DNA from: Candidatus Dormiibacterota bacterium
GTDB taxonomy: Bacteria; Chloroflexota; Dormibacteria; Aeolococcales; Bog-877
NCBI GenBank assembly: GCA_027339635.1
Contig: DAHWNZ010000006.1
Span: forward strand, 6,500 to 70,499
Reading direction: 5' to 3'
Length of the DNA stretch: 64,000 nt
This document shows positions 30,046 through 43,652 of this stretch, piece by piece (positions within the stretch are counted from its first letter, which is position 1; each line of letters begins with the position of its first letter). Below the pieces are notes generated by a model that saw only the letters and a list, made by a program, of their open reading frames with translations, made no database searches and was not told where the DNA came from. A program made the position numbers and the translations under genes.

Positions 30046-32511
30046 CTATTCCTCCTCGAGGTCGCCGGGGGCGGCGATGCCAGCGATCGAGCCGATCGCG
30101 TCACCCTCGTCGAGGCGCATCAGGATCACGCCCCTGGTCTGGCGGCTGCTTATGCGCACTCCGTCGAGGGGCATGCGGATGATCTGGCCCTTGGTGCTGA
30201 TCAGCATGAGCTCCCCCTCCAGGCTATCCACCATCCTGGCTCCCACAATCTCTCCGACCTTTGAGATCGCGGTCTGATCCAGGGTGTAAACCCCCTGGAT
30301 CGCCCTTCCCTTGACCGGGTACTCGGCGACCGGAGTCAATTTCCCGTATCCGCGGGCTGTCACCACCAGGACGTGGCCCCCCTCGGTGACTATGTCCATG
30401 CCTGCCACCGAGTCGCCGGGGCGGAGACGGACGGCTGTCACGCCCTGGGTGTCGCGGCCCATTGGTCTCACCTCGCGCTCATGGAAGCGAAGCGCCTTGC
30501 CCATCCTGGTGACCAGGAGGATGTGATCCCCGCCGGTGCTGACCTTGACCCAGTCCAGCTCGTCGCCCTCACTCAGATTCATGGCGATGAGGCCATTGCG
30601 ACGCACCGACGCGTAGGCCGCGGCGGGGGTCTTCTTGATGTGCCCGCGGAGGGTTGCCATCACCATGTAGGACTCATCTGAGTACCCGTCGACGGAAAGC
30701 ATCGAGGTCACCCGCTCGCCCTGGTCCATCTCCAGCAGGTTGATCGCGGCCGTGCCCTTGGCCTGCCGACTCACGTCGGGGATCTCGTGGGTCCGAAGCC
30801 GGAACACCCTGCCCTTGTTCGTGAAGAAGAGCATGTCGGAGTGGGTTGACGCCACCCGCAGGAACTCCACGTAGTCCTCCTCTCCGACCCGCTTGGCGCC
30901 CAAGACCCCCTTGCCGCCCCTGCGCTGGGAGCGGTAGTCGCTGATGGGGGTGCGCTTGATGTAACCCCGGTGGGTGAGGGTGACCACCACCTGCTCCTTG
31001 GGGATCAGGTCCTCCTCATTGAGCTCGATGTCACCGTGGCTGATCTCGGTGCGGCGCGCGTCGCCGTACTTCTTGCGCAGCGCCACCAGCTCCTCGCGGA
31101 CCACCGCCATCACGTTCTCGCGGCTGGACAGGATCTCCTCCAGCCCAGCGATCCTCAGCATGAGCTCGGCGTGTTCCTCCTCCAGCCGGTCCCTCTCCAA
31201 ACGCGTCAGGCGACCGAGCCTCATGTCCACGATCGCCTTGCTCTGGCGCTCGGAGAGGTTGAAGCGCTCCTCCATCTGGCGCTGAGCCGTGGCCTCGTCG
31301 GGGGCCGCCCGGATGAGTCGGATGACCTCGTCGAGGTTCTGCAGACAGATGCGCAGCCCCTCGACGATGTGGGCCCTCTCCCTGGCCCTCTCCAGGTCAT
31401 GGCGAGTCCGTCGCTCGACCACCTCGCGGCGGTACTCCAGGTAGTGCTGCAGCATGGCCCTGAGCGACAGCACCTGGGGCCTCCCGTCCACCAGGGCCAG
31501 CAGGATGCAGGTGAAGGTGGACTGGAGCTGGGTGTGCTTGTAGAGGTTGTTCAGCACCGTGTAGGGACGCGCGTCCCGTTTCAGCTCGATCACCAGGCGG
31601 GTTCCCTCACGCCTACCTGTCTCGTTGCGGATGTCGGCGATCCCCTCCAGCTTGCGCTCGTTGACGAGCTCGGCGATCGTCTGCAGCACCCGGCTCGGGT
31701 TCACCTGGTAGGGCAGCTGCGTGACTATGATCTGCTCCCGGCCGGACTTCGACTCCTCGAAGGCGACCCTCGCCCGCTGCACCACCCTGCCATGGCCGGT
31801 GCCGTACACCTGGGGAATGTCCTTGCCATAGACGATGCCGCCGGTCGGGAAGTCAGGGCCCGGAATCAGCTTCATCAGCTCCTCGGTGTCGGCCTCGGGA
31901 TTGTCAATCAGGCGCACCAGCCCGTCGCAGACCTCGCTCAGGTTGTGCGGGGGGATGCTGGTCGCCATGCCCACCGCGATCCCGGCCGCCCCGTTCACCA
32001 GGAGGTTGGGCAGGGCCGCGGGCAGCACCGACGGCTCCTTGGTGCTGGCCGAGTAGTTGTCGACGAAGTCGACCGTGTCCTTGTCGATATCCGCGACCAT
32101 CTCCGCCGCGATCGGGGCCATTCGCGCCTCGGTGTAGCGGTAGGCTGCCGCGGGATCGCCCTCGGGGGACCCGAAGTTGCCCTGTCCGTCCACCAGGGGG
32201 TAGCGCATGACCCAGGGCTGGGCCAAGCGCACCAGGGTGTCGTAAACCGAGATGTCCCCGTGGGGGTGGTAGTTCTTGAGAACCTCACCCACGATGGCTG
32301 CGCACTTCTGGTGGGAGGCCCCGGGGGTCATCCCCTGCTCCTGCATCGCGTAGAGGATCCGCCGCTGCACCGGCTTGAGGCCATCTCTGACGTCGGGGAG
32401 CGCCCTGGCGACGATGACGCTCATGGCGTAGACCAGATACGACTCCCTCATCTCGGTGACCAGCTCCACGCCCCTGGTCTGGCCGGCACCTCCACCCATC
32501 TCAATGGCCAC
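30046..32511 (-). CDS. gyrA: DNA gyrase subunit A
   Basis: 821 aa; active-site region AAMRYTE...; C-terminal beta-pinwheel repeats. Confidence 0.95.
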   Translation of the reverse strand: MAIEMGGGAGQTRGVELVTEMRESYLVYAMSVIVARALPDVRDGLKPVQRRILYAMQEQGMTPGASHQKCAAIVGEVLKNYHPHGDISVYDTLVRLAQPWVMRYPLVDGQGNFGSPEGDPAAAYRYTEARMAPIAAEMVADIDKDTVDFVDNYSASTKEPSVLPAALPNLLVNGAAGIAVGMATSIPPHNLSEVCDGLVRLIDNPEADTEELMKLIPGPDFPTGGIVYGKDIPQVYGTGHGRVVQRARVAFEESKSGREQIIVTQLPYQVNPSRVLQTIAELVNERKLEGIADIRNETGRREGTRLVIELKRDARPYTVLNNLYKHTQLQSTFTCILLALVDGRPQVLSLRAMLQHYLEYRREVVERRTRHDLERARERAHIVEGLRICLQNLDEVIRLIRAAPDEATAQRQMEERFNLSERQSKAIVDMRLGRLTRLERDRLEEEHAELMLRIAGLEEILSSRENVMAVVREELVALRKKYGDARRTEISHGDIELNEEDLIPKEQVVVTLTHRGYIKRTPISDYRSQRRGGKGVLGAKRVGEEDYVEFLRVASTHSDMLFFTNKGRVFRLRTHEIPDVSRQAKGTAAINLLEMDQGERVTSMLSVDGYSDESYMVMATLRGHIKKTPAAAYASVRRNGLIAMNLSEGDELDWVKVSTGGDHILLVTRMGKALRFHEREVRPMGRDTQGVTAVRLRPGDSVAGMDIVTEGGHVLVVTARGYGKLTPVAEYPVKGRAIQGVYTLDQTAISKVGEIVGARMVDSLEGELMLISTKGQIIRMPLDGVRISSRQTRGVILMRLDEGDAIGSIAGIAAPGDLEEE

Positions 32512-32514
32512 CTG

Positions 32515-35636
<3,122 letters not shown>

Positions 35637-35703
35637 CTAACAGTTGCGAGATGGGAAACCGAGGCCGGAGCGCAGGCGGGTCGCGAGTCCTGGGATCGGC
35701 GGG

Positions 35704-37365
35704 TCAGCGCCTCGCTTCACGACCCTTTACAAGGTCCCAGCTGGGAGAGTCGGCCTCCCGCACGCGGCCGTCCTCGTCGAAGATCACAAAGCGCGTGAAG
35801 GACCTCGCGAACCAACGGTCGTGGGTGACCGCCACGACCGTCCCCTGGAACTCCAGGAGGCCATCCTCCAGTGCTTGAGCGCTGATCATGTCCAGGTTCC
35901 CGGTTGGCTCGTCCAGGACCAGCATGGTGGCCCCGAGCAGCTCCAGCAGCAGGATCTGGAATCGGGCCTGCTGACCGCCGGAGAGGACGTCCAAGGTTCG
36001 CTCACGCTGGGCGTCAAGCTCATAGCGCCTCAGCGCTCCCATGATCTGCCGGTTGTCGAGATGAGCCTCCTCCGCGAGGATCGCGGCGAGCGGGCGGGCG
36101 TCGGGGGGCCCCAACCGCTCGTACGCCTGGGCGAAGTATCCGGGCACCACCCTTGCTCCCAGCCGGCATGAGCCGACCCACTCGGTCCGCTCCCGCTGGC
36201 AGGGGGGTGCCTGGGGCGCGACCCCACCCTGGGCCAAGAGCTCGAGGAATCGAGACTTCCCAGTCCCATTCGCTCCCAGCACGGCCAGCCGTTCGCCGTA
36301 GAAAACCTCGAGGTCGAAGGGGGCGATGAGCCCCGGCAGCCGAAGCCCCCGGCAGGTGAGCGCGCGGACCCCGGTCCTTCCTCCCCGGAGTCGGATGTCG
36401 ACAGCCTGCGCCTTGGGTGGTGAGGGGGGAGGCCCAGCGGCTTCGAAGTGTCGGAGCCTGGTCACCGCCGCGTGGTACCTGCCCGCCATCGCCTGCGACA
36501 CGCGCGCCTGCTCTCGCAGGGTCAGCACCAGCTCCCGCAGCCTCAGGTGCTCCTCGTGCCAGCGGTCCAGCACCTCTGCCTGGCGCTGGTGTCGATCTCG
36601 GCGCGCCTGCGGGTATTCTGCGAACGAGCCGCCGTGCACCCAGCAGCTGCCCTGCTCCAGGGTCACGAGGCGCTGGGCGCAGCGGGAGAGCATCTCCCGA
36701 TCGTGAGAGATAAGAAGAACGGTCTTGGTGGTGGCCAGCAGCTGCTCTTCCAGCCAGCGCTTGGCCGGGACGTCAAGGAAATTGTCGGGCTCGTCGAGGA
36801 GCAGGATGGAGTCCTCCCCGCGCAGCAGGGTCTCCAGGACCAGTCGCTTCTGCTCCCCGCCAGACAGGGTGGCTGCCTGCCGCGACTCCAGCTCTTCCAG
36901 GGTGGTGCCGATCGCACTGGCGCAGCACAGGTCCCAGAGCGCCTCCACCTGGTACCCGCCCAGATCTGCCCAGTCGGCGATCGCCTGAGCGTATCCGAGC
37001 TGGCTCTCCTCTGACGCCTCTTGGGCCATCGCCCGCTCCCAGTGCCGCAGACCACGCGCCGCCCGAGCCATGGGGCCTTGAAGGGTCGTCTCCAGAAGCG
37101 CTCGGATCGACAGCGCCCCCCGCTCCCGACCCAGGGATTGGTGCATCACGGCGACCCGACCACCGACCGTTATCACTCCCTCGCTGGGCTCGAGTTCCCC
37201 CGAGATCAGGCGCATCAGTGTCGTCTTCCCGCCACCGTTGGGTCCGACAAGGGCGGTGCGCGAGCCGGGGCCGACTCGAAACGAGATGTCTCTCAGGAGC
37301 GGGCGGCCGTCCGCAAGCCGGTAGCCGACGTGGGCCAGGTCCAGGTGCGCCATGCGCTCACTCAC
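35704..37365 (-). CDS. ABC-F family ATPase (duplicated ABC domains, no TM)
   Basis: Two Walker A/signature/Walker B sets (GPNGGGKTT...LSGGEQKR; GANGTGKS...LSGGQQAR). Confidence 0.9.
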   Translation of the reverse strand: MSERMAHLDLAHVGYRLADGRPLLRDISFRVGPGSRTALVGPNGGGKTTLMRLISGELEPSEGVITVGGRVAVMHQSLGRERGALSIRALLETTLQGPMARAARGLRHWERAMAQEASEESQLGYAQAIADWADLGGYQVEALWDLCCASAIGTTLEELESRQAATLSGGEQKRLVLETLLRGEDSILLLDEPDNFLDVPAKRWLEEQLLATTKTVLLISHDREMLSRCAQRLVTLEQGSCWVHGGSFAEYPQARRDRHQRQAEVLDRWHEEHLRLRELVLTLREQARVSQAMAGRYHAAVTRLRHFEAAGPPPSPPKAQAVDIRLRGGRTGVRALTCRGLRLPGLIAPFDLEVFYGERLAVLGANGTGKSRFLELLAQGGVAPQAPPCQRERTEWVGSCRLGARVVPGYFAQAYERLGPPDARPLAAILAEEAHLDNRQIMGALRRYELDAQRERTLDVLSGGQQARFQILLLELLGATMLVLDEPTGNLDMISAQALEDGLLEFQGTVVAVTHDRWFARSFTRFVIFDEDGRVREADSPSWDLVKGREARR

Positions 37366-37471
37366 TCAATGGCGGGCGACCGCCCCAGTCTCCGCGCTCA
37401 CCGCCACTCCGGCTTCGACCCGGGGCATCTCGGGGAGTACCCCAACCCGCCCCGCCAAGCTGGGCGAGTCA

Positions 37472-37898
37472 TCAAGCGCGGGACTCGGAGAGCAACAGCC
37501 CCGCCAGGAGGTAGCAGGCCACGGCGGAAAAGGCGAGCAAGGACATGAGCAGCGAGCTGATCTCCTGACCGCCGAAGTCGAGGAAACTGGCGCCGTTGAA
37601 CCCGGCCCCGACAACCAGCAGCGCCGCCACCACCAGAACCACCGCGGCGGCCCCGCCTCTAAGCGCCACGGCCCGTCCCGCCGCCGCCGCGGCCATGACC
37701 ACCAGGGCCAGCCCGAAGGCCGCGTGGATGGCCAGGGCGGGGCCCCCGGAGGTGATCGCCCACGCCAGGCTGCGCGCCGACCCGGTGAGGTAGTTCGCCG
37801 GTTGTGAGCCGGGATGCGCCGCGGGGATCGCCGAGTAGAGATTGACCACCATTCCGAGGGCGAGCTGGACCACGGCACCGATCCCGGCGGCGAAGGTC
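37472..37898 (-). CDS. Hypothetical membrane protein
   Basis: 4 hydrophobic segments; start assumed at MTFAAGIG. Confidence 0.45.
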
Positions 37899-38185
37899 AT
37901 GTACCGCAGCTCCCGCTGGCGGCGACGCGAAGCTGGTGCGACACCCACCCCGCGAGGATACTGGGCCCCAGCTGCGACCCGCGGCAGGGCACGGCGCTGC
38001 AGGGGGATTGGGGGAAAGCCCGCCGCGGCGGGGCCCCGGCGGCGCCATGCTGCACTCCCTGGCTCACGCCGGTTCCTTCGGCGCGGTATCGTGTACGCAG
38101 CAAGCGGCTAGCCGGATGCCGGCCGGGCCAGCTGACAACAGGCTTCGGATGGGGCGGTGACCCAGCCGGGGGACCTTCATCCACA

Positions 38186-38206
38186 GGCCCCAAGGGGCTT
38201 CTTTTG
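38186..38206 (+). terminator. Intrinsic-terminator-like hairpin plus T-tract with no upstream plus-strand gene
   Basis: AGGCCCCAAGGGGCTT (GC stem) then CTTTTG; ~70-95 nt upstream of helicase start. Confidence 0.3.
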
Positions 38207-38277
38207 AATAGGCGGATTCCTTCGGAGGAAGTGGCGCTCTGACGCCCCCCAACCTGACCCTCGAACGGCTTCATCTG

Positions 38278-40866
38278 GTGGTGCCCGAGGGCTCGGAAGC
38301 GATGTCGTTCCTGGAGGCCCTCAACGGCCATGAGAACGGCGACGCCCGCAGCCACTTCGCGGACCAGATCGGCTCCCTGGACGACTTCGTCGTCGTGGCA
38401 GGTGCCGGAGACTCCCCGGCGGTGACTCTGTTGCTGCCCGGGATCGACGTGGCCTGCTCTCCGGTCAAGAAGGCGCGGAGCCAGCCGGCCCAGATGGCGC
38501 TTAGGGTGGAGTCGGTCAGGCCTGCCCCGCCGGCCCGGGAGGGGGTGACGCGCGGCGCCATCAGGGTGCGCTGCGTCCATCCTCTGGTCTCCTCCAAGGA
38601 GGGGACCGCGACCGACACCTACCACCTCCTCAACCTGGCCAAGCTCGCCAGGGGCTCGAAGGAGCCAGATCGGATCCTGCTGCAGACCCTGGCTCTGGTC
38701 GACGGGCTGGAGCAGGCGGAGCGGGGCCGCGCGGCCACCCAAAGGACTCCCTTCGATTCGGTGGTGGAGCTCTGGCGCTGCCGCACCTGCCGCGGCCTCT
38801 GGCGGCCTGATCGCGACGAACGCTGCCCCTCCTGCGGGCGCGAGTTCACCGATGAGGACCGCCACCGCCAGGAGGCGGGAAGGCTGGAGTTTTCGGTGCC
38901 CCCGGACCACCAGATCACGCTCAGCGTGGATGCCGCGGTGATGATCGAGCCTGAGGACGAGCCCCACTACCTGGGCCGGGTGACCAGGATCGACCATCGG
39001 CGCCGGATAGTTGAGGTGGCCTGCAAGGGATACGAGACGGCGGGGAGCGCGGGATGGATCACGCCCTCATTCAACAAGCAGCTTTACGCCGCCAAGAGAA
39101 GCACCCTGGCATCCATCGCGGGCGGGGAGGCGCGAAGCCTGCTGCTGGCCCAGCTCCTGATCGACCCCTCTTCGGTGTACGCCCCCCCGGCGCCCCCCCG
39201 GGGGGACTGGGTGACGCCGGGAATGACGAGCAACCCAGCTCAGGATCGCGCCATCGGGATCATGGTGGCTCTGGACCCGGGCCAGGCCGTCCTGATCCAG
39301 GGGCCGCCCGGGACGGGCAAGACCTCGGTCATCGTGGAGGCGGTCAAGCACCGCCTGCGGGAGAGGCCGGATGAACGCATTCTGGTGTGCTCCCACAGCA
39401 ACCTGGCGGTCGACAACGCCCTGGAGCGTCTGGCCGGCACCCCCGGGCTGCGCGCCGTGAGGATCGCCAAGGCGGAGCGGGTCCACCCCACGGTCGACTC
39501 CTTCAGAGTCGAGGACGAGGACGACGACCGCCTGATACGTGCCAATGTCTTCTTCGCCACCTGTGCGACCGCGGCCACCTCTTCCATCACCACCGACGAG
39601 GCGTTCGACCTCGTGATCCTGGACGAGGCCAACAAGGCCCGGATAGACGAGGCGCTGCCGTGTTTGCGCCTGGGGGCAGCCCTGGTGCTGGTCGGCGACC
39701 ACAAGCAACTGCCGCCGGTGGAGGACGACGCCATCTACCAGATCGTGGAGGAGCGGCCCGACCTGGAGGAGATCGTCGACACGAGCCTCTTCGAGCGCTG
39801 CTGGGAAGGCGGGGTGCCCGATCAGGCCCGGTGTCTGCTGGTAGAGCAGCACCGCATGCACCCGGAGATTGCTCAGTACATCAGCGCCACCTCCTACGAC
39901 AACCAGCTGGAGAATGCGCCCGAGGTCGTCGAGTACAGCTACATCACGAGGCGACCATTCCCGGTGGCGCTGCACATGGTCGATACCACCGGGCTTCGAG
40001 GGGGACGGGAGCGGCGCGGAGCCGGGGGCGCCCTGCGCAATGACGCGGAGGTCAAGGTCTGCGCCCAGGTGGTCCGCCTCCTCGATGAGCGGGTGGACCC
40101 GAGGCTCTCCCTGGCGGTGATCGCGATGTATGCGGATCAGGTGGACCACCTGCGCCACTCTCTCAGCCGCCGCCACTTCCGCCGCCCGGTGAGAATCGAC
40201 ACCGTCGACTCCTTCGAGGGGCGCGAGGAGGACATGGTGGTGATCAGCCTGGTGCGCAGCAATGAGCGCGGCCGGATCGGCTTCCTGCGCGTCCCCAACC
40301 GCCTCAACGTGGCCATCTCCCGCGCCCGCCATCTGGTGGTGTGCGTGGGGGATGCCACCACGCTTCGCGCCGGTGAGGAGACCATGTACGGTCGCCTGGT
40401 CGACGCGGCCAAGGAGTGCGGCGGCTATCTTAAGGCCACTGAACTGCTGGGGAGCCGCAGGGGCAGGTCCCAGCCGCGCCGACAGGGGGTACCACCGGGC
40501 ACGCTCGCGGAGGGCGGCCCCCGCCGCCACCGGCGGCGCCGCAGGCGCCCGGCCGGGACAGCTCTCGGAGGCGCCGCGACGGCTGAGGGTGGCGCGGCCG
40601 CACCAAGCGGAGCCACGCCACCCCCTGGTGGGGACGGCCCGGCGCGCCGGCGTCGGAGAAGGCGACGCAAGCCATTCTCGGGAAACGCTGCCACCAGCCC
40701 GGTCGGTGCCACTGCCACCGGGCCGGCCGCAGGTCCTGATGAGCCGGGGGGTGGTGAGCGGCGGCGGAGCAGGCGCCGGCGGCGGCCCCCGGGAGGGGGC
40801 GGTGCTGATAACGTGCCGAACCAACCGAGGGAGCCGGCCAGCGGCGGTACAGGAGGTGGCGAATGA
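38278..40866 (+). CDS. Upf1/DNA2-like SF1B helicase with unknown N-terminal domain, C4 zinc ribbon and poly-Arg/Gly disordered tail
   Basis: Motif I GPPGTGKT, II VILDEAN, III GDHKQLPPV, V/VI VDSFEGREEDMVVISLVRSN and NRLNVAISRARHLVV; zinc ribbon CRTCRG...CPSCG; alternative ATG start at 38302. Confidence 0.85.
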   Translation: MVPEGSEAMSFLEALNGHENGDARSHFADQIGSLDDFVVVAGAGDSPAVTLLLPGIDVACSPVKKARSQPAQMALRVESVRPAPPAREGVTRGAIRVRCVHPLVSSKEGTATDTYHLLNLAKLARGSKEPDRILLQTLALVDGLEQAERGRAATQRTPFDSVVELWRCRTCRGLWRPDRDERCPSCGREFTDEDRHRQEAGRLEFSVPPDHQITLSVDAAVMIEPEDEPHYLGRVTRIDHRRRIVEVACKGYETAGSAGWITPSFNKQLYAAKRSTLASIAGGEARSLLLAQLLIDPSSVYAPPAPPRGDWVTPGMTSNPAQDRAIGIMVALDPGQAVLIQGPPGTGKTSVIVEAVKHRLRERPDERILVCSHSNLAVDNALERLAGTPGLRAVRIAKAERVHPTVDSFRVEDEDDDRLIRANVFFATCATAATSSITTDEAFDLVILDEANKARIDEALPCLRLGAALVLVGDHKQLPPVEDDAIYQIVEERPDLEEIVDTSLFERCWEGGVPDQARCLLVEQHRMHPEIAQYISATSYDNQLENAPEVVEYSYITRRPFPVALHMVDTTGLRGGRERRGAGGALRNDAEVKVCAQVVRLLDERVDPRLSLAVIAMYADQVDHLRHSLSRRHFRRPVRIDTVDSFEGREEDMVVISLVRSNERGRIGFLRVPNRLNVAISRARHLVVCVGDATTLRAGEETMYGRLVDAAKECGGYLKATELLGSRRGRSQPRRQGVPPGTLAEGGPRRHRRRRRRPAGTALGGAATAEGGAAAPSGATPPPGGDGPARRRRRRRRKPFSGNAATSPVGATATGPAAGPDEPGGGERRRSRRRRRPPGGGGADNVPNQPREPASGGTGGGE

Positions 40867-41723
40867 GTGGGTCCGGGTTCAGGACGGTATTCGTGGCCGG
40901 CGCCGGCTTGATGGGGGCGGGAATCGCCCACACGGTGGCTCAGCACGGGTTGGAGGTCCTTCTTTACGACTCCGCCCCGGGGGCCGCGGAGTCCGCGATC
41001 TCACGGATCCGGCAGCGATTGCAGCGGTCGGAGGAGCAGGGCAGGCTGGAGCAAGGGGCGGCCGCGGCGGCCGGATCCCGGCTGCGGGTCGCCGTCGAGC
41101 CTTCGGGAGTGGAGGGGGCCGACCTGGTCATCGAGGCGATCTCGGAGCAGCTTGAGACCAAGGTCGCCTTCTGGGAGGATCTGGATGGGAGATGTGCTCG
41201 CGAGGTGATCTTCACCAGCAACACCAGCTCCATCCCCATAACCCGGCTGGCGGCAGCGACGGGGCGGCCCGACCGGTTCATGGGCATGCATTTCTACAGC
41301 CCGGTCCCTGTCATGGAGCTGGTTGAGCTGATTCGCGGCCTGACCACATCGGAGGAGACCCACTCGCGGATCGAGAAGCTGGCCCAGGAGCTGGGAAAGA
41401 TTCCGGTGAGTTCCAGCGACACTCCCGGGTTCATCGGCAACCGCATCCTCATCCCCTTCCTCAACGAGGCCATCCAGGCCCTCCAGGAGGGTGTGGGCTC
41501 CGCGCACGACATCGACCAGGTGGCCAAGCTGGGATTCCGCCATCCGATGGGACCGCTCGAGCTCGCCGACTTCATCGGCCTCGATGTGGTCCTGGCGATC
41601 TGCCGGGTCATGCATCGGGGCCTGCACGACAACCGCTACGCCCCCAACCCGCTCCTGGAGCGGATGGTGGAGGCCGGGCGTCTGGGCCGCAAGACTGGGC
41701 GAGGTTTCCACGATTACCAGTAG
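40863..41723 (+). CDS. hbd: 3-hydroxybutyryl-CoA / 3-hydroxyacyl-CoA dehydrogenase
   Basis: NAD Rossmann FVAGAGLMGAGIA; ATGA overlap with helicase stop. Confidence 0.9.
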   Translation: MSGSGFRTVFVAGAGLMGAGIAHTVAQHGLEVLLYDSAPGAAESAISRIRQRLQRSEEQGRLEQGAAAAAGSRLRVAVEPSGVEGADLVIEAISEQLETKVAFWEDLDGRCAREVIFTSNTSSIPITRLAAATGRPDRFMGMHFYSPVPVMELVELIRGLTTSEETHSRIEKLAQELGKIPVSSSDTPGFIGNRILIPFLNEAIQALQEGVGSAHDIDQVAKLGFRHPMGPLELADFIGLDVVLAICRVMHRGLHDNRYAPNPLLERMVEAGRLGRKTGRGFHDYQ

Positions 41724-41743
41724 AACCCACGACGGGCCGGGCC

Positions 41744-42829
41744 CTACAGGTCTCGGCTGAAGACCTCAATCAGGTGGCGGATGCCGGTCGGGTAGCGGTA
41801 CTCGATCCCTCCGTGGCCACCCTCAAACAGCTCCAGACGGATGTCGGCCACGCCCACCCGCTCAAGGGAGGCGCGGACGGCGGTGGCGCCCACCTCGAGA
41901 TGGAACTCGTCCGAGCGGCCGCCGTCGAGGTAGACCGCCTTCAGTTGGGATGCTGCATCCGGGCGAGCCGTCACCATCCGGACCGGGTCCCATTCCAACC
42001 ACCTGTCCCAGACAGCCGGAATCATTTCCCCGGTCTCCACCGAAAAGGGCATCTCCGGGGTACCGTCCGAGGCGGCTGAGTAGCAGGCGGCCATGCAGTA
42101 GCTGTTGACCAGGGTGTGATCGGTGGGACGGGACTGGCCGGGACGGGCCCGGAACTCCTCCCAGAACCTGGCGAATGAGCCTTGATAATGATCCCGGAGC
42201 ACCCTGATGGTCTCGGGAAACTCGGGCAGGTAGCAGAACTCGAACATGGCGTCCCCGGCGTGGCTCGCCAGGCCGGAAAAGAGGTCCGGTCGCAGTAGCG
42301 GGGTGACCATCGCGCCATAGCCCCCGCTGGACTTTCCCGCCACGCCCCGGTGATCGCGATCCGCGATGGTCCTGAGGCGGGCGTCAACCGCTGGGACGAC
42401 CTCGTCACAAAGGTAGCTGTGATACCTACCCGTCCCCGGCGAGTCGAGGAACTGGCTGCCCCCGAGGCTGGTCCAGCAGTCCACAAAGACGAGGATCGCG
42501 GGCGGGGTCGCGGGATCGCTGAACAGCTGGTCGTACAGCTCCATCGGAGTGAGGCGGAAGGCGCTGCGATTCCGCCACATGTCGAGCTGGCCGGTCATCC
42601 CCTGCAGCACGTAGATGGTGGGAAAGCGCCGGCCTGGGTCGCTGCCATAGGCGGGTGGCAGGTACACGTAGAGGGGTCGTCGGGCGGGGTCGCCCAGGCT
42701 GTTGCCGGTCAGCACCCGGCTGTCTATCGCGAACTCCAGCAGCTGCCCCTGCATCGGTCTGGCCCAGGGCGCGCCCAGCTCGCCTGGCGAGGTTAGCTCG
42801 AGGGGCGCCTGCTGGTTAGACCCTTCCAT
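41744..42829 (-). CDS. Putative esterase (alpha/beta hydrolase, enterochelin-esterase / S-formylglutathione-hydrolase-like)
   Basis: GKSSGGYGA nucleophile elbow; PLYVYLPPAY pattern. Confidence 0.8.
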   Translation of the reverse strand: MEGSNQQAPLELTSPGELGAPWARPMQGQLLEFAIDSRVLTGNSLGDPARRPLYVYLPPAYGSDPGRRFPTIYVLQGMTGQLDMWRNRSAFRLTPMELYDQLFSDPATPPAILVFVDCWTSLGGSQFLDSPGTGRYHSYLCDEVVPAVDARLRTIADRDHRGVAGKSSGGYGAMVTPLLRPDLFSGLASHAGDAMFEFCYLPEFPETIRVLRDHYQGSFARFWEEFRARPGQSRPTDHTLVNSYCMAACYSAASDGTPEMPFSVETGEMIPAVWDRWLEWDPVRMVTARPDAASQLKAVYLDGGRSDEFHLEVGATAVRASLERVGVADIRLELFEGGHGGIEYRYPTGIRHLIEVFSRDL

Positions 42830-42912
42830 CCATCAATCTCCTCACGCATTGAGCCAAGTTGAGGCCGGCCCGCAGGCGACCACCCACCGTCCGCCCCATG
42901 ATAGGAGGGAGG

Positions 42913-43635
42913 TCAGCCCGCGCTGAGAATCTGGATGCAGTGGTCGACGTCCTCGGAGTACAGATTCGACGGTGGTGCCGCCGGCAGCGCCCCCCGGTTG
43001 CGGGGCAGGTAGAACCCGAAGGACGGCGACGGGTTCACGACCGCGACCGGAATCGAGGTCTTCACCGGAGGGAAGACCGCTAGCAGCCACACCGAGGCGC
43101 CAGGATTGACGTCGGCGGAACAGACGGAAAGGCGGTTGCTGGCCAGCACCAGGATCGGCCGTATCGGCTGGTAATACGTCTGCTGCAGTGACGTGAGCTT
43201 TCCGGAAGGGTCGAGGTTGTTGGTCCCGCCGAACTTGGCCGCGGTCTCCAGGACCGTCTGGGTCAGGCCTACGCCACAGGTGGACGCCCCCGGGTTTTCG
43301 GCCAGTGCCACGACCTCCAGAAGCTCGCCGAAATGAGACAGGCTGGTGGCATCGCGTTCCTCTGAGGTCGGCAGCAGGGGCAGGACGTCCGCCAGCGGCA
43401 CCAGGCGTGAGTAGTAGAAGTAGATCCTGGTCTGGTCGACGTAGAACCCTCCATCCGGGCTGCAGCTGTCCAGTCCCGAGTCCAGGGGCTTGGCCGAACC
43501 CTTGACGGGCAGGCCGGCGACCAGGTCCTTCACCGCCTGGGACGCCGAGGTCGGCGAGCTGCCGCACGAGCTGACGAGAATTGTTGCGATCACGGCCAGA
43601 AGTAGAGCCGCGATGCTGTGGCGGCGTGCCGGCAA
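42913..43635 (-). CDS. Hypothetical lipoprotein
   Basis: Lipobox ILVSSCGSS after signal peptide. Confidence 0.55.
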   Translation of the reverse strand: MPARRHSIAALLLAVIATILVSSCGSSPTSASQAVKDLVAGLPVKGSAKPLDSGLDSCSPDGGFYVDQTRIYFYYSRLVPLADVLPLLPTSEERDATSLSHFGELLEVVALAENPGASTCGVGLTQTVLETAAKFGGTNNLDPSGKLTSLQQTYYQPIRPILVLASNRLSVCSADVNPGASVWLLAVFPPVKTSIPVAVVNPSPSFGFYLPRNRGALPAAPPSNLYSEDVDHCIQILSAG

Positions 43636-43652
43636 GAACGGCCCCGCCCTGT

